This document shows positions 24,285 to 31,202 of a DNA stretch of 31,202 bases, piece after piece; the stretch's first letter is position 1; the number at the start of each line of letters is the position of its first letter. Origin of the DNA: a virus (Duplodnaviria > Heunggongvirae > Uroviricota > Caudoviricetes). The notes under the pieces were generated by a model, which saw only the letters and a list, made by a program, of their open reading frames with translations, ran no database searches and was not told where the DNA came from. The stretch lies in the IMG/VR virus record IMGVR_UViG_3300033067_000504, positions 1-31,202 of that record. One strand, written 5' to 3'. The translations under genes and the position numbers were made by a program.

Positions 24285-24758
24285 ATGAGAAAAACAATTT
24301 ACATATTGGTAGGAATACCATGTGCAGGTAAAAGTAGCTGGTTAAAAGCTATTTTTAAGAAAAACAGTATTGGTAGCGAGGTAGTTAGTCGTGATGATTT
24401 AAGGTTACATGTATACGGTAAAGGTTATATTCCTAATAAAGAAAGGGAGGAACGTATAACTAATCTTTATAATATCCAGTTGGAGCTTTGTATTAAAGAT
24501 CCATTGGTAACTACTATCTATCTTGATAATACCCACTGTAAAGAGAAGTACATAAATGAAATACTAAACAAGTTTAAGGATAGGCATGATATTAAGATTA
24601 AGTTCTTTGAAGTTCCACTATGGTATGCAAATATTAGGAACGTTATAAGAAGGATTAAATCTGGTAAGTGGATTCCTTTCTCTGTTATGTCTAGTATGTT
24701 CAAGAATTATAACAAATTAAACAAGGAGAAGTATGTCCAATATTTGGTTCGGGAGTGA
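24285..24758 (+). CDS. P-loop kinase (polynucleotide 5'-kinase-like, AAA_33)
   Basis: LVGIPCAGKSSW, SRDDLR, LDNTH. Confidence 0.85.
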   Translation: MRKTIYILVGIPCAGKSSWLKAIFKKNSIGSEVVSRDDLRLHVYGKGYIPNKEREERITNLYNIQLELCIKDPLVTTIYLDNTHCKEKYINEILNKFKDRHDIKIKFFEVPLWYANIRNVIRRIKSGKWIPFSVMSSMFKNYNKLNKEKYVQYLVRE

Positions 24759-25332
24759 TTTTCATCTAGGTCATGCTAATATAGCTGGACCTAAAACCTC
24801 TAAATGGAAAGAGGGATACAGAAATTTTGATAGTGTTGCTGAAATGAATGACGAGATAATTAACACTATTAATAAATATGTAAAACATGATGATGTTCTA
24901 TATTTCCTTGGTGACTTTTGTTTTGGTGGACATAGGTATACGCCTGATTATCGTAATAGGCTTGCTTGTAGAACTATACATGTTTGTAGAGGAAATCATG
25001 ATGGTCACATAAAGGACTATGCTACAAGTTTTACTTCTATACAGGATGTATTAACTATTGATCTTGATCGTGGTGATCCTAAGGATATGATCTTTATGTC
25101 ACATTATGCACATAGGATCTGGTTAGGTAGTCATAAAGGTGTGATACATCTATATGGTCACTCACATGATTCTATTCCAGACTTTGGAAAAAGTATGGAT
25201 GTTGGTATTGATGTGGCATATAGAATGTTTGGAGAGTACAGGCCATTTGAACTGAGTGAAATACGTAAGATTATGGATAGTAGATCAGTAACCTTGGTAG
25301 ATCACCATAATCCTAAAACAAACTTTAAATGA
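24733..25332 (+). CDS. calcineurin-like metallophosphoesterase
   Basis: SDFHLGH, LGDF, GNHD, SHY, LYGHSH. Confidence 0.92.
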   Translation: MSNIWFGSDFHLGHANIAGPKTSKWKEGYRNFDSVAEMNDEIINTINKYVKHDDVLYFLGDFCFGGHRYTPDYRNRLACRTIHVCRGNHDGHIKDYATSFTSIQDVLTIDLDRGDPKDMIFMSHYAHRIWLGSHKGVIHLYGHSHDSIPDFGKSMDVGIDVAYRMFGEYRPFELSEIRKIMDSRSVTLVDHHNPKTNFK

Positions 25333-25997
25333 AAATACTAGCAATAAGTGATACTCATGGTTTTCATGAACAATTAAAGATACCTGAAGATATTGATGTA
25401 ATAATTCATGGTGGGGACTTTTCAAATTATAGGGATGTTGCCAGAAATACTAACGAATGTTCCCTATTTTTAAACTGGTATGAATCCTTAAATATAGCTC
25501 ATAAAATTGTAATAGCGGGTAATCATGACACAGCTATTCAAGCTAAAGCTATCAACCCCAGAGATTTTAAATCATTAACTTATCTTGAGCACGAACATCA
25601 TACAATTAATAATATCAAATTTTTTGGTAGTCCTTACACACCATCTTTTGGTATTGGTTGGGCTTTTAACAAGGATAGGTCTAAACTACAAGCTTACTGG
25701 AATGAGATAGAGGATGATACTGATGTTATTATTACTCATGGCCCTCCCCAAGGATTTCTAGATGTATCATTAAACATGGAGGGACATTATGATATGTGTG
25801 GTTGTAAGGCTTTGAAAAATAGAATACAATTAGTAAAGCCTAAGTATTCTATCTTTGGTCATATACACAACTATCGAGAGTGTGTTAATCAGGGTATACG
25901 AGTACATGACAATATTACGTATATGAATGTATCTTCAGTAGAAGATGGTAAATTTGATAGAGGTTTAATCTCACAAGGAATAGTTTTTGAAATATGA
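25329..25997 (+). CDS. metallophosphoesterase (MPPED/239FB-like)
   Basis: ISDTHG, HGGDF, IAGNHD, ITHGPP, FGHIH. Confidence 0.92.
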   Translation: MKILAISDTHGFHEQLKIPEDIDVIIHGGDFSNYRDVARNTNECSLFLNWYESLNIAHKIVIAGNHDTAIQAKAINPRDFKSLTYLEHEHHTINNIKFFGSPYTPSFGIGWAFNKDRSKLQAYWNEIEDDTDVIITHGPPQGFLDVSLNMEGHYDMCGCKALKNRIQLVKPKYSIFGHIHNYRECVNQGIRVHDNITYMNVSSVEDGKFDRGLISQGIVFEI

Positions 25998-26236
25998 CAG
26001 AATTAGAAAAGTACCAAAGGGTTAATGCTTGTGAAACCATAGAGGAGTTACAACAATGTATTCTTGATTTTGCTGGTGAGGATGGTATGATTCAAGGTAG
26101 AACCAGAAAATTTGATGCTTTTGAAATGGCAAATAATTTAGAGATATATGTAAATGGTAGAAATGAAACTCCAAATGTACTCACTAGAGAATTTGGAATA
26201 AGACAACAAGCCATGTATTTGAAATATTACAAATGA
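25994..26236 (+). CDS. hypothetical protein
   Basis: 80 aa, ATGA-coupled on both sides. Confidence 0.7.
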   Translation: MTELEKYQRVNACETIEELQQCILDFAGEDGMIQGRTRKFDAFEMANNLEIYVNGRNETPNVLTREFGIRQQAMYLKYYK

Positions 26237-26856
26237 CAGTAATTGATAATTTTGAACAGATAAAAAAGCTGTTAGTGTTCCCAAATGCTAACAGCTTTTA
26301 CTTTATTCAGATACTACAAAGGAAAAAGGATCATCCTGGAGAAAGAATAGGAGGTAGTAACAATAACAGTAGAGTTATTAAATGTTACTACATTACTAGC
26401 ATAGAACAGCTAGAACTACACAGAGAAGAGATGATAAAGCTTTCACAAGTTTTTAATGCAAGAGTTAGCATTAGCCTTAATCCTAGGAACTTTGAGAAAG
26501 TAGCATTCAGGCTATTACAGAAGATAGCAGATCAAATGAGTAATAAGGATTTCTACAATGTTAGAAAGTCTTATGAGTCAGTTTGTGGTTTATATTCTTC
26601 TGAAATGGATAAACGATGGCTATTAGATATAGATACTAAAGACAGTGAATCAATACAAAAGATTCAACTAGCTGTAAGTGAGTTACAGGAAGAGATAAAG
26701 AATAGGGAATACTCTATTTTAGCTTTAATTCCTACACCACATGGGTATCATATTATCACTAATCCATTTAACTTGGACAGATTTAGTAAGATCTATCCTG
26801 AAATAGAAGTACATAAAAACAATCCAACAATATTGTACTATGAAAACAAATCTTAA
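26233..26856 (+). CDS. AEP/prim-pol-like protein
   Basis: WLLDID (motif I DxD) and IPTPHGYHII (motif II T-x-x-G-x-H). Confidence 0.55.
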   Translation: MTVIDNFEQIKKLLVFPNANSFYFIQILQRKKDHPGERIGGSNNNSRVIKCYYITSIEQLELHREEMIKLSQVFNARVSISLNPRNFEKVAFRLLQKIADQMSNKDFYNVRKSYESVCGLYSSEMDKRWLLDIDTKDSESIQKIQLAVSELQEEIKNREYSILALIPTPHGYHIITNPFNLDRFSKIYPEIEVHKNNPTILYYENKS

Positions 26857-27100
26857 AGCTGGAGATACTGTAGTTTGTATCAATAGTGAGAAGTTTAGTG
26901 ATAAAGAGGTTGGTCCACCTTTAACAAAGGGTAATAATTACGTGATTAAGGAGGTTATAACAACTACTGGTGGTAATGACCACATTGATGTAGGTTTAAA
27001 ATCTATGTATAATTACGTATCGTGTCAGGCTACAGGTATTCGTATACCAAGAGGGGAGGAGATACATTGGTGTCACCCATCAAGATTTGAAAAGGTATGA
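26840..27100 (+). CDS. hypothetical protein
   Basis: 86 aa; LKAGDTVVCI SH3-like start. Confidence 0.7.
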   Translation: MKTNLKAGDTVVCINSEKFSDKEVGPPLTKGNNYVIKEVITTTGGNDHIDVGLKSMYNYVSCQATGIRIPRGEEIHWCHPSRFEKV

Positions 27101-27939
27101 TAACACTTGATTTAACAAAAGGGTTTGGGGATCACCCCCACTATAAACTATTTAAGTTTCCTGGTGGAGAAATCCACTTTAAACTTAAGATAGAGATAAA
27201 GGAGAGTGTAAGGATAACTACTAGACTTAATACGTCTGATGATATTCTTGCTCTTTGTGTTGTAGTAGATACACTAGCAAAAGATGATTTAGGGATAGGT
27301 TGGATTGAGGTCTTTATACCTTATTTTCCATACCAACAAGCTGACAGGAATTTTGGAGAAGGTGAATGTTTTAGTCTCAAGACTATTACCAAGATCCTGA
27401 ATAATCTAGAGGTTGATAAGTATACTATATACGATCCTCACTCAGACGTTACTCCAGCCTTACTCAAGAACTGTGAGGTAATTGATAATAGTCAGTTTAT
27501 AAAGTGGGTAATGTCCGAGAATAAGATAAACTTTTGGAATAATAGTGTCTGGTTATCTCCTGACTCTGGAGCTTATAAGAAAATCTTTAAACTAGCGGAA
27601 AAGATAGGGTTTAAAGGTGAGATACTATGTTGTCAGAAGAATAGAGATATTAAAACTGGAGAAGTAAGTGTAGTAGTACCTACTTTACCAGCTAAAGATA
27701 TTCTTATTATTGATGATATCTGTGTTGGTGGTAGAACTTTTGTGGAGATTGCAAAAAAGGTAAAAACTCCTGATGAGTGTAAACTTTATCTTGCTATATC
27801 TCACGGTATTTTTAGTAATGGATTTGAAGATTTAATACTAAGATTGGATCACAGAACGTTTGATCACATATTCACTACTAATAGTAGAAAAGAGTATGGT
27901 GATGTAGGTAATTTTTTAACGGTACATAAAATAATTTAA
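27097..27939 (+). CDS. prs: ribose-phosphate pyrophosphokinase-like protein (PRPS, or ADPR-PP synthetase Adps)
   Basis: FPGGEIH, PYFPYQQADR, DPHS, SPDSGAYKK, IIDDICVGGRTF PRPP-binding loop. Confidence 0.9.
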   Translation: MITLDLTKGFGDHPHYKLFKFPGGEIHFKLKIEIKESVRITTRLNTSDDILALCVVVDTLAKDDLGIGWIEVFIPYFPYQQADRNFGEGECFSLKTITKILNNLEVDKYTIYDPHSDVTPALLKNCEVIDNSQFIKWVMSENKINFWNNSVWLSPDSGAYKKIFKLAEKIGFKGEILCCQKNRDIKTGEVSVVVPTLPAKDILIIDDICVGGRTFVEIAKKVKTPDECKLYLAISHGIFSNGFEDLILRLDHRTFDHIFTTNSRKEYGDVGNFLTVHKII

Positions 27940-27942
27940 AGT

Positions 27943-28350
27943 ATGTGTTTACAACTAAATGGAGCATCAGTATTAGCTCCTATAAAAAAGAATACTATTG
28001 TATATAAATATGGATCTGTTATTATTCCTTGGGTTGGTTTTGCTCCTGGAATACAAGGCCGCCATGGATTTATTTATGACTACAAGCTTTCAGAGCTTGT
28101 AAAGATAGATCCTAATTCATTTAATGAAGTAGAGGAGGGTTACCATTCATTTCCTAGCTATCTTCGTGCTAGAGTAGAGGCTGGCCGTTATGAGGAAGTT
28201 GGAGTGTTCTTAATACCTAAAGGAGTCAATTATATTATTGGAACTTATGGTGGTGCTGTTTGTTATGCATCAGAACAGATTCAATATCTTGGCTGGTTTT
28301 GGAACCCTATAACTTGGTTAAAAGTACTTTACTACAAAATTAAAAAATAA
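27943..28350 (+). CDS. third member of the MCL/YK/GxH/IPxG family
   Basis: MCL, IVYK, EVEEGYHSF, IPKG, YASEQI. Confidence 0.75.
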   Translation: MCLQLNGASVLAPIKKNTIVYKYGSVIIPWVGFAPGIQGRHGFIYDYKLSELVKIDPNSFNEVEEGYHSFPSYLRARVEAGRYEEVGVFLIPKGVNYIIGTYGGAVCYASEQIQYLGWFWNPITWLKVLYYKIKK

Positions 28351-28880
28351 TGGGAAGCTATAAAGAAGTAACTGGTAATCTTATCACTCTTGCTAAACAA
28401 GGAGAGTTTGATGTTATTGCTCATGGTTGTAATTGCTTTTGTACTATGGGGGCTGGATTAGCTCCTCAAATGGCAGATGCATTTGGTTGTGATAAGTTTA
28501 ATATGGAAGGAGAATCTTATCGTGGTGAATTTGGTAAACTTGGTAATATAGACTTTGAAGATGTTTATATTAATCCTACCACAGGTCAAGTAGTTCCTTT
28601 CAATGAAACTAGTGGTGATGCTCACGTACTAACCGTAGTAAATTGTTACTCACAGTTTGGTTTTGGTAAAAATCATAAGAACGGTTCTGTAGCTCCTCTT
28701 GATTATGCAGCTCTTGAGTTGTGTTTAAAGAAGATTAATTATGAATTTTCTGGAGAACGTGTAGGACTTCCTCAAATTGGTTGTCACCTTGCTGGTGGAG
28801 ACTGGAACATTGTAAAAAAGATGATTCAGGATCATGTTAGTGATTGTGACGTAGTTGTTGTAATTTATGACGGTAAGTGA
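28350..28880 (+). CDS. macrodomain (ADP-ribose binding/hydrolase, Tk.4-like)
   Basis: IAHGCNCFCTMGAGLA, NCYSQ, GLPQIGCHLAGGDW. Confidence 0.9.
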   Translation: MGSYKEVTGNLITLAKQGEFDVIAHGCNCFCTMGAGLAPQMADAFGCDKFNMEGESYRGEFGKLGNIDFEDVYINPTTGQVVPFNETSGDAHVLTVVNCYSQFGFGKNHKNGSVAPLDYAALELCLKKINYEFSGERVGLPQIGCHLAGGDWNIVKKMIQDHVSDCDVVVVIYDGK

Positions 28881-28896
28881 TTTTATTTACCTATAT

Positions 28897-28964
28897 AAAT
28901 ACCCTTCTAAGAACTCAAGGTGTGATAATAAATTAATCGTTATTGGGTTTCTTAGGAGGTATTT
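28897..28964 (+). other. long imperfect intergenic hairpin
   Basis: AAATACCCTTCTAAGAACTCAA pairs imperfectly with TTGGGTTTCTTAGGAGGTATTT. Confidence 0.6.
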
Positions 28965-28994
28965 TAAGTTTAAACTATTTATGTATATAAAACT

Positions 28995-29390
28995 ATGAAG
29001 AAAATAATGTATGTATTACTTCTAACTACTTTGGTTAGTTGTTGTAAAAAGGTTGACTGTCCTCCAGGAAGTCGTTTTGAGTGTGGTAAGGGTTGTGTTG
29101 CTAATACTCTAATTGACACTTTAAAACAAGAAGTTAAGCCTAGAGTTGAACAACTTATCAGAGAAAAACTGAATCAAAAGAATAAGCCAATACCAAGCTA
29201 CACTAAGTTTAAGGTATCTGACGTTGTTTGTGTTTGGGGTAAGCAAACTGGTGTAATTGTGGAGATAAGTTGGGGACGTGTCCCTGATGGACATGATCCT
29301 GTACTTGTTTATACAGTAGAGTTTGAGGATAGTAGCTACAGTAATGAGGAGTATTATGATACACAATTAACCTCCGGATCTTGCCGATGA
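28995..29390 (+). CDS. lipoprotein with Cys-rich N-terminus and SH3/KOW-like C-terminus
   Basis: MKKIMYVLLLTTLVSC lipobox; FKVSDVVCV...GVIVEI...YTVEF. Confidence 0.7.
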   Translation: MKKIMYVLLLTTLVSCCKKVDCPPGSRFECGKGCVANTLIDTLKQEVKPRVEQLIREKLNQKNKPIPSYTKFKVSDVVCVWGKQTGVIVEISWGRVPDGHDPVLVYTVEFEDSSYSNEEYYDTQLTSGSCR

Positions 29391-30922
29391 ACCCACTATT
29401 ATTAACAGATTTTTACAAGGTACATCACAATAAGATGTATCCTGATGGTATGACTAAACTCTACTCCAACTTAACTGCTCGTAAGAGTAGAATACCTGGA
29501 GTAGATAAAATTGTCTTCTTTGGTTTGCAGCATTTTGTACTAACTTATCTAATTGAAGCGTTTAACAAAGACTTCTTTCTTAAGAGTTATTATAAAGAAG
29601 GTGATAGTGTTGTTATAGGTAACATTGACACTAGCTTGGGTAGAGAAGCTATTAAAAAAGCTATGAGTATTAATTACTCAAAACATATTGGTGTAGACAC
29701 AAAGCATATTGAAGCATTGTGGGATTTAGGTTATCTTCCTATTGAGATTAAAGCTGTTCCAGAGGGTTCAAGAGTTCCTATAGGAGTACCTTGTTTAACC
29801 ATTACCAATACTCATCCAGACTTTGGTTGGCTTACAAATTATCTTGAAACATTGATGTCCTGTATGCTTTGGCAGCCTATAACGTCAGCAACAATTGCTT
29901 ATGAATATAAGAAACTACTTACAAAATATGCGCTTGAAACTACAGGATCAGCAGACTTTGTACAATGGCAAGGTCATGATTTTTCAATGCGTGGAATGTC
30001 TTCTGTGGAGTCTGCCATTCTTTCTGGTATGGCTCATTTGCTCAGCTTCACTGGGACGGACACTATCCCAGCCATCTACCAGTTGGAATCTAGTTATGAC
30101 GCTACAGGCCTTATTGGTGCTTCTGTTCCCGCAACTGAACATTCGGTTATGTGTATGGGAGAAAAAGAAAGCGAAATCCAAACATTTAGCCGTTTGCTTA
30201 AGCTGCATCCTATTGGTATACTATCTGTTGTTTCTGACACATGGGATCTATGGAGAGTATGTACTGAATATCTTCCAGCTTTAAAGAATGAGATCTTAGC
30301 AAGAGATGGTAAACTTGTTATCAGACCTGATTCTGGTGATCCTGTAGATATTATTTGCGGTACCAATAGTAATCCTGCTAATAAATATCATGAAGAAGTA
30401 ACACCAGAAAGCAAGGGAGTAATAGAACTTCTTTGGGATATATTTGGAGGAACAATTGTAAAAGGAAATGATGGAAAAGAATACAAACAACTGGATAGCC
30501 ACATTGGAGCGATTTATGGTGATTCTATCACCCTCGAAAGAGCTGATCAAATCTGTAGACGACTTCAAGCAAAAGGTTTTGCTTCTACCAATCTCGTGCT
30601 TGGGATTGGGTCTTATACTTATCAGTATAATACTCGTGATACTTTTGGGTTCGCGGTAAAAGCTACCTATGGTGAAGTTACTAAAGATGGTAATGTAGAA
30701 TCCAGAGAAATCTGGAAAGATCCAGTAACTGATGATGGTACTAAAAGAAGTAAGAAAGGCTTACTTCAAGTAATTGGTGATTCTGAAGGGAATATTATTG
30801 GAGTTAAAGACCAGTGTATACCAGCAGAAGAACAACTTGGAATGCTACAAACAGTATTCAAAGATGGTAAACTAGTGAAAAAGACCACACTAGAGGAAAT
30901 TAGGTCTAAACTTAAAGTTTAA
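29387..30922 (+). CDS. nadV: nicotinamide phosphoribosyltransferase family protein (NAMPT or Namat); ATG at 29387
   Basis: LLTDFYKVHH, HDFSMRG, SVPATEHSVM, SVVSDTWD, VIRPDSGDP, IYGDSIT, GIGSYTYQ, KDPVTD..K.SKKG. Confidence 0.95.
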   Translation: MNPLLLTDFYKVHHNKMYPDGMTKLYSNLTARKSRIPGVDKIVFFGLQHFVLTYLIEAFNKDFFLKSYYKEGDSVVIGNIDTSLGREAIKKAMSINYSKHIGVDTKHIEALWDLGYLPIEIKAVPEGSRVPIGVPCLTITNTHPDFGWLTNYLETLMSCMLWQPITSATIAYEYKKLLTKYALETTGSADFVQWQGHDFSMRGMSSVESAILSGMAHLLSFTGTDTIPAIYQLESSYDATGLIGASVPATEHSVMCMGEKESEIQTFSRLLKLHPIGILSVVSDTWDLWRVCTEYLPALKNEILARDGKLVIRPDSGDPVDIICGTNSNPANKYHEEVTPESKGVIELLWDIFGGTIVKGNDGKEYKQLDSHIGAIYGDSITLERADQICRRLQAKGFASTNLVLGIGSYTYQYNTRDTFGFAVKATYGEVTKDGNVESREIWKDPVTDDGTKRSKKGLLQVIGDSEGNIIGVKDQCIPAEEQLGMLQTVFKDGKLVKKTTLEEIRSKLKV

Positions 30923-30927
30923 ATAAT

Positions 30928-31202
30928 ATGTCAAAATTTAAAAATGCGTCTGAAATAGTTGAGGCTGTTAGTCGTGGAGCTAAATTAAAAATACTCTCAG
31001 GCAATTTTGGTGGTAGAAAGAAAGGCGATTTGTTTTATCCTGATAAAGGTACAGCTTTTTTGTCAGGTGTTTATGCTCAGTTTCAAATTGGTGGTGTTTC
31101 CTATAATTTTTCAGTAGCAAATGTAGAATTAGCTGTGGTCACTGTTGGTGATCTTAATGCAGATATTCACGAAGCTGAGGAAACAATAGCAACAGCTAAA
31201 GC
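30928..31202 (+). CDS. hypothetical protein (partial, runs off the window)
   Basis: Open frame MSKFKNASEIVEAVSRGAKLK...EAEETIATAK with no stop before the window end. Confidence 0.75.
   Translation, partial: MSKFKNASEIVEAVSRGAKLKILSGNFGGRKKGDLFYPDKGTAFLSGVYAQFQIGGVSYNFSVANVELAVVTVGDLNADIHEAEETIATAK

Noticed and set aside
1015-30568. All minus-strand ORFs in the track (e.g. 1015..1239, 3700..4035, 8273..8599, 22318..22686)
   Set aside because: They are antisense shadows of well-supported + strand genes, have no recognisable motifs and break the uniform + strand organisation.
29895-30659. Alternate-frame + ORFs 29895..30284 and 30468..30659 (also 2091..2273)
   Set aside because: They are Leu-rich off-frame readings inside conserved enzyme regions and show no motifs; unlike 2578..2847, I found no independent support for them.
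23057-30944. Identical 17-nt starts ATGTCAAAATTTAAAAA at 23057 and 30928
   Set aside because: Low-complexity A/T-rich start context; the proteins are unrelated after MSKFKN.
1-31202. CRISPR array, integrase, transposase or attachment site
   Set aside because: No regularly spaced repeats and no recombinase or transposase motifs were seen.

Overview
A 31 kb segment of a tailed dsDNA phage genome. The likely host is Bacteroidota, inferred from A-rich leaders mostly lacking Shine-Dalgarno sites, lipobox proteins and a gene set resembling crAss-like/phi14:2-like replication modules. Essentially all genes are on the + strand in standard code, and many overlap. In order: a visibly more GC-rich block of small accessory genes (1-1532); a replication module (PolA, MazG-like protein, SF2 helicase, DnaB-like helicase, AAA ATPase, probable SSB, TOPRIM primase, DUF5664 dNTP hydrolase); a candidate complete phage-encoded ubiquitin-like conjugation cassette (Ubl, E2-like, JAB/MPN, ThiF/E1; 12404-15930); resolvase, UNG, 5'-3' exonuclease and an ECF-like sigma factor; three tRNAs with unusual compensatory elbow changes; an RNA-repair module (RNA ligase, kinase, two phosphoesterases); and an NAD+ rebuilding module (PRPS-like, macrodomain, NAMPT-like). 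Most notable: the Ubl system, a lysine-rich ORF apparently overprinted inside polA, and several structured intergenic RNA candidates. All calls are by eye from motifs and pairings; no database searches or folding programs were run.
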